This document shows, one piece after another, positions 29,770 to 40,227 of a stretch of 59,213 nucleotides of DNA. The notes below the pieces were generated by a model. It made no database searches. It saw only the letters and a list, made by a program, of their open reading frames with translations, and was not told the origin of the DNA. A program made the translations under genes and the position numbers. Location of the stretch: NCBI GenBank assembly GCA_964005815.1, contig CAXFSR010000003.1:1-59213 (forward strand). The letters are read 5' to 3'. Source of the DNA: an uncultured Nitrospinaceae bacterium. GTDB lineage: Bacteria > UBA8248. Within the stretch, counting starts at the first letter, position 1. Each line of letters opens with the position of its first letter.

Positions 29770-31251
29770 CTATTGGATTCCAATATAAAATGGAGAACCA
29801 TCTCTTTCTATTAAAAGTAAAAATCCACTTTTTGCTGATTTAAGAGCTTTTTCCAAATCAACCATATTTTTGACTTGCATTCGATTTGCTTCAAAAATAA
29901 TATCCCCACGCTTAAGTCCGGCAAAGGCAGCTTGAGAATTTTGAAGTACTTTTAAAATTACCACACCATTTTTTCTTCTTGTACGCAATGTTTTTGCAAG
30001 TGAAGCATTAAGATCCTGTCCTTCGATCCCAAGTCTTTTTGATACCTGCTTTTTAGAAAACGCTTTTGCAACTTGTGTTGAATTTGGTCGTTGGGCAACG
30101 GTTAACATAACACTAATTTTTCTTCTATTACGGATAATATGGACGGTTGCCCTAGAGCCAGGTTTAAGGTCAGCTGCGGCAAGCATTAGATCTCTAGGAT
30201 TTTTTATTGTTTTTAAGTTAAGGCCTATGATTATATCACCGCGTTTAATTCCTGCTTTAGATGCAGGTCCGTCATCAGTTAATTTACTGACTAATGCGCC
30301 AGAAGTGTTTTTGAGCCCTAGATTTTTTGCAATAGCTTTCGTAATTAGTTGTATATTAACACCTAAAAATCCTCTAGATACTTTACCCCCTCTTTTTATC
30401 TGAGGAATAATTTTTTCTGCAGTATTGATTGGAATAGCAAAACCGATCCCCATATTTCCGCCAGACCTTGTGTAGATTGACTGATTTATGCCTACCACTT
30501 CACCTTTTAGATTGAACAAAGGCCCACCACTATTCCCTGGATTTATGGAAGCATCTGTTTGTATCAAATCAAGATATTTGTTTTTCCTATTATATCGACC
30601 CTTTCCACTTACTATTCCTGCTGTAACTGTATGGCCTAAACCAAATGGATTTCCTATTGCTACTACCCAGTCTCCCACACGTAGAGAATCACTATTTCCA
30701 AATTTTACTGCTTGGAAAAATTCACCTGGTTTCTTTTCAATTTGTAGTAAAGCTAAGTCAGTTTCTTGGTCTTTCCCTATAAGTTTTGCTTTTCTTCCTT
30801 CTGAACCTTCTTTAAATCTCACAGTGATTTTATCCGCGGTTTTATTGTTACCTGCCATGATGACGTGATAATTTGTGAGTATGAGGCCGGAAGAATCAAT
30901 TACGAATCCCGTACCTGCACTTCTCCTCTTTCTAGGTTTTGTTCTTGGTGAGGGAGAAGGAAATCTAAATCCGGGTTCAAAGAATCTTCGAAAAAAATCA
31001 TCTGGTCCGCCTGGGTAGCGAGGAGTTTGAGTGCCTCGTCTCATTTTTATAATTGTTTCTGTGCTTATATTAACTACAGAAGGCCTTAATTTTTCTATCA
31101 CCTTCGCTAAAGAAGGTAAGGCCTGATTTTTGTGTGCACTAGTATCTGTTACTGAGAATAGTAAAAAGACTGCAACAAAAACAGTTAAAGATGATAAGGA
31201 AAAAAACTTTTTAATTTGAAATATTTTGTTTCCTGATACTGTTTTATGCAT
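29770..31251 (-). CDS. htrA: DegP/DegQ (HtrA) serine endoprotease with two PDZ domains
   Basis: TNYHVI, DLALL, IQTDASINPGNSGGPL, GIGFAIP; two PDZ domains. Confidence 0.95.
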   Translation of the reverse strand: MHKTVSGNKIFQIKKFFSLSSLTVFVAVFLLFSVTDTSAHKNQALPSLAKVIEKLRPSVVNISTETIIKMRRGTQTPRYPGGPDDFFRRFFEPGFRFPSPSPRTKPRKRRSAGTGFVIDSSGLILTNYHVIMAGNNKTADKITVRFKEGSEGRKAKLIGKDQETDLALLQIEKKPGEFFQAVKFGNSDSLRVGDWVVAIGNPFGLGHTVTAGIVSGKGRYNRKNKYLDLIQTDASINPGNSGGPLFNLKGEVVGINQSIYTRSGGNMGIGFAIPINTAEKIIPQIKRGGKVSRGFLGVNIQLITKAIAKNLGLKNTSGALVSKLTDDGPASKAGIKRGDIIIGLNLKTIKNPRDLMLAAADLKPGSRATVHIIRNRRKISVMLTVAQRPNSTQVAKAFSKKQVSKRLGIEGQDLNASLAKTLRTRRKNGVVILKVLQNSQAAFAGLKRGDIIFEANRMQVKNMVDLEKALKSAKSGFLLLIERDGSPFYIGIQ

Positions 31252-31399
31252 GAAGTTGCTTCCTCTTTTAAAAAAAATAAATTCTTTTTGTACATTAGAT
31301 TTGCGTAAATTTCTGCAAATAGTTTAGTTTAACCTACGTTTCTTATTTTATCCGATTTTTAAAAAAATTGATATTATTTAAAAAAATAAAGAGAATTTT

Positions 31400-32278
31400 T
31401 TGAGTATAGAGACAGAAACAGTGTTATTTGCGTTTTTTGGGACCCTTGCAATTTCTTCGTCTAATGTACTTTTCTCTATAGTTTTGAGACGAATGGGAGC
31501 TTTTGCTCTAGCACAAATTAATAACATTGGAAATGTTTTAGTTTTAGGGGGAGTAGGTCTTTATTTTTTAGATTGGGAATTGTTGAGATGGGAAGCATTT
31601 TTTTGGTTTGGTCTTCTTGGTATTATAAATTATAGTATCAATAGATGGGTTTTTTATACTGGAATGAGTACAGTAGGACCTTCTCGCCATGTCACAATAG
31701 TTAGCCTTACCCCTATTCCAAGTATGTTTATCGCGATCTTACTTTTAGGAGAAGAGCCAAACTTAGCGATATTCCTTGGAACTTTCTTTGTTATATGTGG
31801 AGTTATAATAGTTAGTTATGAACCTTCAAGTTCTGGGTGGATAAGAGCAGGAATTGGTTGGTCTTTTATGAGTGTATTGTTCCTTACAGCGAGTGCATAT
31901 ATGCGTAATAGAGGAATGAATTACATGGCGGAACCTTTTTTGTTAACTACTTGGTCTGCTCTTGTGGCTATACCTACTGGCGAGATTTTAAGAAAATTCT
32001 TACCTAAAAAGTTTTTTTGTATGGGGGAAGCGAAAAAAATGATTCCTCTTCTTTTGTTTGGTATTGCGATGAATAGTTTCTCCCAAGTTTTAATTAATCA
32101 GTCTATGAGAGGGAAAATATCTTTAGCAGTACCTATAGGAAGTTCTGCTCCAGTATTTGTTTTGATTCTTTCTGCTATTTTTTTGAGAAAAACTGAAAAT
32201 TTGAATTTTCGTGTAGTGATTGGAATTTTAATTACTGTTTTAGGGGTTATCGGAATTGGAATAAGCCGACATGGATAA
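31400..32278 (+). CDS. EamA/DMT family transporter
   Basis: 10-TM duplicated fold, GPSR, LLGE, LRKTE. Confidence 0.85.
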   Translation: MSIETETVLFAFFGTLAISSSNVLFSIVLRRMGAFALAQINNIGNVLVLGGVGLYFLDWELLRWEAFFWFGLLGIINYSINRWVFYTGMSTVGPSRHVTIVSLTPIPSMFIAILLLGEEPNLAIFLGTFFVICGVIIVSYEPSSSGWIRAGIGWSFMSVLFLTASAYMRNRGMNYMAEPFLLTTWSALVAIPTGEILRKFLPKKFFCMGEAKKMIPLLLFGIAMNSFSQVLINQSMRGKISLAVPIGSSAPVFVLILSAIFLRKTENLNFRVVIGILITVLGVIGIGISRHG

Positions 32279-32299
32279 ATTTTTTTTTAGTGGATTACT

Positions 32300-33175
32300 A
32301 TGAGTGCGCATTTAACAAGTATTTTGTGGGCATTAACTGCCTCAATTGTTTTAGCTTTTCAGGGCGTTGTTATTTCCGTTTTTCTTAAAAGAATTGGGAT
32401 CTTGGCAGTCTGTATTTTTACTAATGCCGTCAACTGCGTAGTACTAGGTTTAGTTGGATTTTGGACTTACCAAGAGGGGGAATTTGATTGGATTGGATTA
32501 GGTTGGTTCTCTTTACTTGGAATAACTGCTTATAGCTACGGACGATTTGTTTATTACAAGGCTCTTTCGACTATAGGACCACCCCGACTGACTACTTTGA
32601 TGAGTACGTCTCCTTTATTAAGTTTAGGGTTAGCGGTTCTTTTTTTGTCTGAAAGGCCAGGCCTTTTTGTACTTATAGGAACTGCATTAGTTATTTTAGG
32701 TGTTGCTCTTGTAAGTTATGAACCTGATGAAAACCAGTGGTTTCATAGAGGAATAATTTGGGGATTTGCAAGTGCTTTGTCCATGGGCCTGAGTACATTT
32801 ATAAGAAAAAAAGGACTTGATGCTTTTCCAAACACAGCCTTAACGATAGCTTGGGGTAATTTAATTGGCATCCCAGTTTTAATGAGTCTTAGATCTTTTG
32901 TTCCTGCATCACTCTTTGAATGGGGTGGACGTTCTGTCATTATTGTAGTTTTGCTGATGGGGGTTTTAAATGCTGCTAATCAAGTATTTATGAACCTTGC
33001 AGTTTTGCATGGAGATGTCAGCGTAGTTTCTCCGATAATAACTTCTTCTCCCGTTTTTTCACTTTTACTCACAGCGTTGTTTCTAAGAAAAGTGGAAAAA
33101 ATTAAATTTTCGATGATCATTGGTGTTTTTCTGACTGTGTTTGGAATGATAGCGATATCTCTTGGTAGAAGTTAA
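32300..33175 (+). CDS. EamA/DMT family transporter (tandem paralog)
   Basis: Same architecture as the upstream gene (VSYEP, LRK.E, SPVFSL). Confidence 0.87.
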   Translation: MSAHLTSILWALTASIVLAFQGVVISVFLKRIGILAVCIFTNAVNCVVLGLVGFWTYQEGEFDWIGLGWFSLLGITAYSYGRFVYYKALSTIGPPRLTTLMSTSPLLSLGLAVLFLSERPGLFVLIGTALVILGVALVSYEPDENQWFHRGIIWGFASALSMGLSTFIRKKGLDAFPNTALTIAWGNLIGIPVLMSLRSFVPASLFEWGGRSVIIVVLLMGVLNAANQVFMNLAVLHGDVSVVSPIITSSPVFSLLLTALFLRKVEKIKFSMIIGVFLTVFGMIAISLGRS

Positions 33176-33288
33176 ATCTTTATTTAAAAAAATGAATCTT
33201 GATCTGTTTTTGTCTGAGGAGTAATCTTTACAAAGTATTTTGCTTTTCTAAATAACAATTTTTAGGGTCACTTTTTGGAGGTTCTGAA

Positions 33289-33741
33289 ATGGGTGATAAA
33301 GTTTTTATAGACGATTTGTTGTCAGAAAAACGAATTTGTAGATTTGCTGTTACAAGGAAGGATGGTAGTCCGCTTATCCGTCCAATTTGGTATATCTGGG
33401 AAGATGGTAAATTTTTAATTAGTACTAAAACGGTTGGAATTCATACAAAAATTGTCAGAAGAGATCCAAGAATTTCAATAGTTGTAGACAAAGACGATCC
33501 ACCATATAAACAAGTGGTTTGTGAGGGCGATGTTGAATTAATAGAAAATGTTGGTTTAGATCACGAATTATTAAGACGGTGTGCAGAGAGATATCTTCCT
33601 GAAAATTTTGTTGAAAAATTTATGTCTGGTCCTGTAGCACAAGCAGATCGTGTAAGATTTGTTGTACATCCTAGAAGGTGGACGATTTCGGATGCCGGGG
33701 CAAATCCACCTATCCCTCCTAGGGCAGGAGAGTATAGTTAA
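33289..33741 (+). CDS. Pyridoxamine 5'-phosphate oxidase-like (split-barrel flavin/F420-binding) protein
   Basis: AVTRKDGSP..RPIWY, RRDPRISIVVD...PY; GGAGG RBS. Confidence 0.8.
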   Translation: MGDKVFIDDLLSEKRICRFAVTRKDGSPLIRPIWYIWEDGKFLISTKTVGIHTKIVRRDPRISIVVDKDDPPYKQVVCEGDVELIENVGLDHELLRRCAERYLPENFVEKFMSGPVAQADRVRFVVHPRRWTISDAGANPPIPPRAGEYS

Positions 33742-33752
33742 ATTTTTTCTTG

Positions 33753-33783
33753 GTGTTGGCGGATATTTCTCTTCCGCCGACAC
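33753..33783. terminator. Hairpin between the convergent PPOX-like gene and rimO
   Basis: GTGTTGGCGGA / TCCGCCGACAC 11-bp GC-rich stem (one G-U) in a 42-nt convergent gap. Confidence 0.65.
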
Positions 33784-35193
33784 TTAGTCTTTTTCTACTA
33801 TAAGATTAATCCCGTCTGTTTCTACTATTTTTCCTGAAATGATTTCTCCTGGAATTCCTTCTGTTTTGTTGAGATAAACATCTCCATCGACTTCTGGTGC
33901 TTGAAGTCGAGTTCTTCCTTGAAGCAAACCTTCTTCTGAGAGTTTCTCAATAAGAACACTCGTTTTTGTTCCAATAAGTTTTTTGTTTTCTTCTTCCATA
34001 ATTTTCTTTTGTAATTCAAGAAGCTCGTTTGTTCTTTCTTTTGCGACTTCATAAGGTATTTGATTTGGAAGTTTTGCTGCTATAGAACGTTCCTCTGGAG
34101 AAAAAACAAAAGCACCTAACCTTGCAAAACGGGTTTCTTCTATAAATTTAAGTAAAAGTTGAAAATCTTTATCTGTTTCGCCAGGATAACCAACGAGCAT
34201 TGTTGTTCTTATCGCACAATTTGGAATTTTTTCTTTAATTCTTTCAATAAGCTCTCTTGTTTCTTTTTCATCAATTCCTCGTCTCATAGAATTTAAGACT
34301 TTGGTAGAAATATGTTGAAGTGGCATATCTATATATTCACAAACTTTAGGAAGCAATCGAAATGCGTCTAAAAGTTCGTCAGTTACACCCCTTGGATAAT
34401 TGTAAAGTACACGAATCCATTCAATATTCTTAATTTTATCTAATTTTCCTAAAAGTTTTGCTAAGGACCAACCTTTTCCAATATCCGTCCCATAACTTGT
34501 TATTTCTTGAGCAAGAAGATTAATTTCCTTTACTCCTATATTTCCAAGAGCTTCTGCTTCATCTAAGACAATCTCCATTGGTCTGGATCTAAATTTTCCT
34601 CTGAAACGCGGAATTACGCAAAAAGTACATGGTCTGGAGCATCCTTCTGCTACTTTTATATACGCACTTGGTCCAGGATCAGATAGTATCCGTGGGAGTC
34701 TTCTACTGTAATCCATCAAAGTATCGGAATAGAATTCGCTCGGAGAATCTTCTTTTCTTATTTTTGGAATTAATAGTTCAGGCAAACGATCGTATTCTCT
34801 TGTTCCAATAAAAAGATCAACTTCAGGAAGTTCCTTTGTAAGTTCTGATTTGTATCTTTCAACAAGACAACCCGCGACCACAATTATTTTAACCCCGCCT
34901 TCTTTTTTTAATTCTCCAATCCTTAAAATTGTATCGATAGATTCGTGTTTGGCTTCTTCAATAAATCCACAAGTATTTATAATTACAATTTCTGCTTTTT
35001 GAAATTGGGGTTCGAGTTTAAAGCCATAAGAAGATAAAGAAGCTAGCATAATTTCACTGTCTACTGTATTTTTTGAACATCCAAGTGATATTAAAGAAGC
35101 AGATAGTGAGTTGTGAGATAAGCTTTCATTTGGATACTTTGCAATCGGCATCTCGGAAATAGGTTGTATTTGTAGTAATTCGTTTGATTCCAT
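33784..35193 (-). CDS. rimO: Ribosomal protein S12 methylthiotransferase
   Basis: SLGCSKNTVDSE, INTCGFIEEAK.ES, AEGCSRPCTFCVIP, YIDMPLQH, APEVDG, TRAM tail. Confidence 0.95.
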   Translation of the reverse strand: MESNELLQIQPISEMPIAKYPNESLSHNSLSASLISLGCSKNTVDSEIMLASLSSYGFKLEPQFQKAEIVIINTCGFIEEAKHESIDTILRIGELKKEGGVKIIVVAGCLVERYKSELTKELPEVDLFIGTREYDRLPELLIPKIRKEDSPSEFYSDTLMDYSRRLPRILSDPGPSAYIKVAEGCSRPCTFCVIPRFRGKFRSRPMEIVLDEAEALGNIGVKEINLLAQEITSYGTDIGKGWSLAKLLGKLDKIKNIEWIRVLYNYPRGVTDELLDAFRLLPKVCEYIDMPLQHISTKVLNSMRRGIDEKETRELIERIKEKIPNCAIRTTMLVGYPGETDKDFQLLLKFIEETRFARLGAFVFSPEERSIAAKLPNQIPYEVAKERTNELLELQKKIMEEENKKLIGTKTSVLIEKLSEEGLLQGRTRLQAPEVDGDVYLNKTEGIPGEIISGKIVETDGINLIVEKD

Positions 35194-35210
35194 TTTAAAA
35201 TCTTTGTTCC

Positions 35211-36518
35211 TTATTTTTTTGGATTAACATGCCACTCATGTTTAGGACGGTTGTAGTATTTTATTGCTACATTTGGGAGTTCTTTTTTGATTATATCGAG
35301 TAACTTCTTCATTCCTATAGCATCGCCTTTTTTGTCAATGTTTGGCAATGTTTTAACATACAAATCTGGGTCAATACATAGATTTTTCATTTGAATAACA
35401 TGAACTCCAGTTGATAAACATGTTTTAATTAATGCTTCAATCTCTGCTTCTAAATCAGTTACTCCCGGAAAAACCAAGTAATTTACTTGTGTATATAATC
35501 CATTGTCTGAAACTGCGCAAAGAGAATCATGAATAGTTGTAAGGTCGTAGTCTTCTGGACGATAATACGCTCTATGCCATTCTTCAATAAAGCTATTTGT
35601 ACTTACTCTAATACTTTCCAGACCACCTTCTGCGAGTTTTTTAATAGCTTTTGTATTACTGCCATTAGTATTTAAGTGGAGAGTGCCTTTTTCAGTTTGG
35701 TTCCTTATTATTTGACAAGTTCGTTCTATTATACCTGCTTGTAGCAATGGTTCTCCTTCGCATCCTTGGCCAAAACTGACCATACTATCCTCTGCTTTCT
35801 CAAGATGGGGTATGGAAATTTCAGAAATTTCTTCGGGTGTGGGGACAAATTGTATTCTGTCATGACTGGCGGGAAAAAGATCGTCAGTTTGTAAAGAAAT
35901 ACATCCACGGCAGTCAGCATTACATAGTGGTGCTATAGGAACACCAAATTCCCATCTTTGGTGGAAAAAATTCTTAGCAGCAAAACAATGAGATTCTGTG
36001 GCACAGTGTTCTAGATGTGGAATCATTCTGTTTTTTGGGAATTTTTTTTTCATTTTCGAAATTTGAACTCTTAAATTAGAGTCATCAAAATTAAAAGGGT
36101 CCCAACGTTCACAGTCATCCACTTGTATTGCAGCACATATAAACTCTTCTTTTACTTGATCAAAACCAATTGCGGTATATGCCCACAGAGGCAAAGTCTT
36201 GGTAGATTTTGTTTTTTTTGAAAATGGAAGGAGTGTTCTCATCCATCCTGGTGCAGGAAAAGTGCTCGCAGCTTGGATAGAAAATGATTCTTTAGTCCAA
36301 TTTGATTTTTCGATAATAATTACTTTATTGTTTTTTTTGTTTATGCCTCCTGGATGACTTTCTGGGATAGTAAAAAATTTACTTCCTTCAGGAAGTTTTG
36401 ATAGTTCTTCTTTTTCAGGCACTTTCGGATGTGTCCCAGATGCTCCCACCATTCCAAGAGTTGGGTGTTCAAATAACTGCCCTTTTAAATCAGAAACTAC
36501 CATTAGAGGAAATGACAA
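35211..36518 (-). CDS. Uncharacterised radical SAM protein
   Basis: CNADCRGC (CxxxCxxC), SFGQGCEGEP, NTNGS. Confidence 0.85.
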   Translation of the reverse strand: MSFPLMVVSDLKGQLFEHPTLGMVGASGTHPKVPEKEELSKLPEGSKFFTIPESHPGGINKKNNKVIIIEKSNWTKESFSIQAASTFPAPGWMRTLLPFSKKTKSTKTLPLWAYTAIGFDQVKEEFICAAIQVDDCERWDPFNFDDSNLRVQISKMKKKFPKNRMIPHLEHCATESHCFAAKNFFHQRWEFGVPIAPLCNADCRGCISLQTDDLFPASHDRIQFVPTPEEISEISIPHLEKAEDSMVSFGQGCEGEPLLQAGIIERTCQIIRNQTEKGTLHLNTNGSNTKAIKKLAEGGLESIRVSTNSFIEEWHRAYYRPEDYDLTTIHDSLCAVSDNGLYTQVNYLVFPGVTDLEAEIEALIKTCLSTGVHVIQMKNLCIDPDLYVKTLPNIDKKGDAIGMKKLLDIIKKELPNVAIKYYNRPKHEWHVNPKK

Positions 36519-36669
36519 AAAAATAGTCCTTATAAAAAAACATGATTTGATTTGTTTCCAAATTCACCATTAACATATTGTTTATACATTAATTCTTTGA
36601 AATTTTAATATAAATTTTTTTTTTTGAAGGAAGCTAAATTGAATTTTCTTTTTGATTTGAGGTTTTTTC

Positions 36670-37500
36670 ATGGTGAATAGTGATTTTTTTTCAAGAATTC
36701 CATTGTTAGAAATTCTAACTAATCAATGTATTTCTTACTGGAAATCTTTTTCTGATAATGATTGGAAAAAGCAAACTTATTGTGATGGCTGGTGCCCTGA
36801 AGATATTGTTAGCCATTTGGTGACTGGAACAGAGTTTTATTCATACTCAATTGAACGTGCTATAAAGAATCTCTCACCTGAACCTCCTTATGGAAAAGAT
36901 ATTGAGGAGTTTTATGCAATTAGAGACACAAAAGGGAGAGAACTTATGGAGTTGTCTCATGAATTGTTATTGGAACGATTTGTAAGATCATCGAATGATT
37001 TACAATCACAGATGATTAAAATCAATTCTGAAAATTCAGAACAACTTGGGTTTCATCCCAGAGGACTCATCCCTTTAGGATTTTGGATTGGACAGCGATT
37101 ATTTGAAATAGTACTTCATGATTGGGATATTCGTTATGGACATGATAAAGGGATAAATCTTTCTGTTGAAGGTGTGAAAGGAATTTTGCCTTTTCTTCCT
37201 ATCCAAATCTGTCGTCTTTTTAATAGGCGGGAGAAAATTCCTTTTCAAGCTTCTTTTCTTTTTGTTTCACAAAACCCAAGAAAGAAATGGATTATTCGAA
37301 TATCTGATGAAAGTGCAGTGGAAAGTTACGATTTGAAAGTTAATATAGACGCTAAAATTGAAGTAGATTCTGAAAGTCTTATTTTGTTATTATTCGGAAG
37401 AGAAAGTGTAGAAGGTGTCGAACAAAAAAACAAATTGAAAATTGATGGTGATCGGGAAACAGCTTTTAAGTTGTTCGAAATTTTATTTACAAAATATTAG
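36670..37500 (+). CDS. Maleylpyruvate isomerase-like (MDMPI/DinB superfamily) protein with SCP2-like C-terminus
   Basis: W...T.CDGW...DIVSHL and RLFEIVLHDWDIR metal-binding motifs; C-terminal LLFGR...IDGD. Confidence 0.8.
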   Translation: MVNSDFFSRIPLLEILTNQCISYWKSFSDNDWKKQTYCDGWCPEDIVSHLVTGTEFYSYSIERAIKNLSPEPPYGKDIEEFYAIRDTKGRELMELSHELLLERFVRSSNDLQSQMIKINSENSEQLGFHPRGLIPLGFWIGQRLFEIVLHDWDIRYGHDKGINLSVEGVKGILPFLPIQICRLFNRREKIPFQASFLFVSQNPRKKWIIRISDESAVESYDLKVNIDAKIEVDSESLILLLFGRESVEGVEQKNKLKIDGDRETAFKLFEILFTKY

Positions 37501-37508
37501 GATATAAA

Positions 37509-38405
37509 ATGAATAAAAAAGTAGATGGTTTTTATTTCTATAATAGTCCACGTGCGATTTCTAGGATGGAAAATATGCGATTTGCAGATCCATCAAAAAC
37601 ACCCTGGTCGCCGTTAACTAAACCTTTGTCTGAATGCAAAGTATCTTTAATTTCTACGGCAGGAATTCATTTAAAAACAGATAAAACCTTCGACTATGAT
37701 CGAGAAATAAGGGAACCTACTTGGGGAGATCCTTCGCATCGAGAAATTCCCAAATACGCAAAACAAGAAGACTGCCTTTATACTCATTTGCATATAGATA
37801 CAAGTTTTCTTTCAAAAGATAGAAATGTTTCTTTCCCGGTTGAAATTTTCTCTCAGTATGAGAAAGAAGGAATAATTGGTACTCTTTCTGAAACGCTCTA
37901 CTCAACTATGGGCTATACTCCCAATTTTCATCCTCTTTTAAAGAAAACAGCTCCCCTAATTGCAGAAAAAATGAAATCTGAAGGTGTTGATGCGGCCTTT
38001 ATATTTCCCGTTTGACCTTTGTGTATGAGGTCTGGTGGACTTCTCCAAAGAAAACTAGAAGAATTTGGTATTTCAACAATTTCAATCAGCAACTCACCCG
38101 AGATGACTATCCGGGTAGCTGTTCCTCGAGCTGTTTTTATTCAATTTCCTTTTGGACGTCTATTGGGTGATGTAGACGACAGAGAGCAACAGAGGGAAAT
38201 ATGTGACGATATGGTAGAAATGTTATCAAATGCAAATGAACCTAATTCTTATAAACATTTGGATTATAGTTGGTCTGATCCTCCAGAACTTACAAAATGG
38301 CGTCCAGATATTCCTGCACCTCTAGGACGGTTAAGAGGGGAAGGTAAAGTGGACGAAGAATTAGTCGAAAAAAATTATAGAGATGAAGAACGTGAAGGTC
38401 TTTAA
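37509..38405 (+). CDS. Probable selenoprotein, PrdB/GrdB (glycine/D-proline reductase selenoprotein B) family; Sec at TGA 38013-38015
   Basis: ORFs 37509-38015 and 38019-38405 are in frame. The junction reads FPV-U-PLC-MRSGGLLQRKLEEFGISTISI (UxxC). The N-terminal half is PrdB-like (KPLSECKVSLISTAGIH, GDPSHREIP, DRNVSFP). SECIS-like hairpin follows. Confidence 0.88.
38017..38050 (+). promoter_or_regulatory. Putative bacterial SECIS element
   Basis: CTTTG/CAAAG lower stem; GAGGTC/GACTTC upper stem (one G-U); apical loop UGGUG starting 18 nt after the UGA. Confidence 0.7.
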
Positions 38406-38428
38406 ACGAAAAGTGTTTTGTTATTAAA

Positions 38429-39394
38429 TTACTGCGTTTTAAGTCCCGCTTCTTCTAATTCCATTCTGAACTCTTTTTTTTCAACTTGTGACATTTCTGA
38501 AAGAGGAGGTCTAACTTTCCCTCCTGCGAGGCCCATAATTGATTGCCAATATTTTAAACGCGCAATAGGAAGATTGCCCTTTGCCCAAGGATCCCATATC
38601 CATTTTTTTGCAACTCGACGAAGAGGATCTAAGGCAAATGAAATTTTTTTAGCTTCATTGATTTTCCCTTGTTGAGCAAGGGCCACATAAGATTTAATCG
38701 GGTAATGATTTTCCCATTGATATAGATGCAAAGAAGGTCCTGCCAGAAAAACTTTTTGGTTATAGAAAGCTGTATTTACTAAAAGGTTATCTTCTCTAGG
38801 GTCACTAACAACTATTTTGTCGCCGACTAATTTTCGAATTGCATTCGTATGTTCAAGGCCACCATCATTTTTAATTGCACAAACATTATCAATCTCACTC
38901 AGGGATTCAATTTGTTCAGGAGAAAGTAAGTAACCAGCTGTTGGCGAATTTAGAATAAGAATACCAATTTCAACAGAATTTGCGATCTCTTTAAAATAAT
39001 TGAAAATTAATTCTTTAGTTCCTGCCGCGTAGTAAGGATTCATAACAGCTGCAAAATCAGTTCCAATAGATTCTGCATGTTTAGTTAATTCAATCGCAGT
39101 TTTTATTGAGTGGTGTCCAGTCATAGAAATGGTTTTAATAGTTCCAGCGTTCTCCTTGACTATGGTTTCTTGTGCTTTTTTTCTTTCTTCTATAGTAAGG
39201 GACCAAAATTCATTAATAATACCACCCATGTAAATACCATCTGCATTAAGAATATTTATATAATATGAAAGATCCGATATGAGTCCCTTTAAATCTAGAT
39301 CTAGATTTTTTTTAAATGGATATGGAATCGCGCCCCAAAGACCAAGCATATTCTTTCTAGCGTATTCTTTTGCATCTTTTTTTGAATATTTCAT
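38429..39394 (-). CDS. Dihydrodipicolinate synthase family (class I aldolase-like) protein
   Basis: PYPF, EFWSLTIEERK, MNPYY, Schiff-base Lys in NVCAIKN, GGKVRPPL. Motifs deviate from true DapA. Confidence 0.82.
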   Translation of the reverse strand: MKYSKKDAKEYARKNMLGLWGAIPYPFKKNLDLDLKGLISDLSYYINILNADGIYMGGIINEFWSLTIEERKKAQETIVKENAGTIKTISMTGHHSIKTAIELTKHAESIGTDFAAVMNPYYAAGTKELIFNYFKEIANSVEIGILILNSPTAGYLLSPEQIESLSEIDNVCAIKNDGGLEHTNAIRKLVGDKIVVSDPREDNLLVNTAFYNQKVFLAGPSLHLYQWENHYPIKSYVALAQQGKINEAKKISFALDPLRRVAKKWIWDPWAKGNLPIARLKYWQSIMGLAGGKVRPPLSEMSQVEKKEFRMELEEAGLKTQ

Positions 39395-39420
39395 TTTAAC
39401 AAAGGCCTTTTTTAAAATTC

Positions 39421-40173
39421 TTAGATGCTACACCACCCGTCATCGACTATTAGGTCATGTCCATGAACTGCACTTGAATCGTCGGATGCTAGATAAACAG
39501 CAGCACCTGTCATTTCTTCAGCACTAATATATGCTCTGTCGGTTGGAGTAAAACTTTGCATGAGTTTTACGAACTCAGGGTCGTCCTGAAGATGCTGATT
39601 TAATGGTGTGGCAGTATTGCCTGGTGAGATGGAATTGACGTTTATACCATCTTTTGCAATTTCTGCTGAAAGCGCTTTTGTTAGCATATGGACACCACCT
39701 TTACTTGAACAATAAGGTATCGCATTTGGAAAGGCGTGTGTTCCTGCTATTGATGAAATAAATATGATTTTGCCATTTTTTTTTGTCTTCATAATAGGGA
39801 CCACTGCCTGAGCTAAAAGAAAATTTCCTTTTAAATTTATGTCTATAATTGAATCCCACTCAGACTCTTGAAATTGTTCTATGGGCTTGTTAATCATCAT
39901 CCCAGCATTTCCTACAACGATATCTATTGTTCCGAATTGGCCTAATACGTCATCGACCATTTTAAAAACTGAACTTTTTTGAGATACGTCACAAACAAAA
40001 TTCATCGCATTTCCGTTTTGAGAATTGATTTTCTCAACAGTTTTTTTCCCTCTCTCATTGTCTCTATTCACAATAGCTACTTTTGCTCCTTCACTAGCAA
40101 ATCTTAATGAAATAGCTTGACCTATTCCTTGAGTGCCTCCCGTGACAATAGCTACCTTACCTTCAAGTCTCAT
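39421..40173 (-). CDS. Short-chain dehydrogenase/reductase
   Basis: TGGTQGIG, NAG, YCSSK, NSISPG, VDDGW. Confidence 0.92.
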   Translation of the reverse strand: MRLEGKVAIVTGGTQGIGQAISLRFASEGAKVAIVNRDNERGKKTVEKINSQNGNAMNFVCDVSQKSSVFKMVDDVLGQFGTIDIVVGNAGMMINKPIEQFQESEWDSIIDINLKGNFLLAQAVVPIMKTKKNGKIIFISSIAGTHAFPNAIPYCSSKGGVHMLTKALSAEIAKDGINVNSISPGNTATPLNQHLQDDPEFVKLMQSFTPTDRAYISAEEMTGAAVYLASDDSSAVHGHDLIVDDGWCSI

Positions 40174-40227
40174 TTTTCACTCCTTTTTCTTAGTGTTTAT
40201 TGTCTTTAAATAAAAAAGAACACTCGC

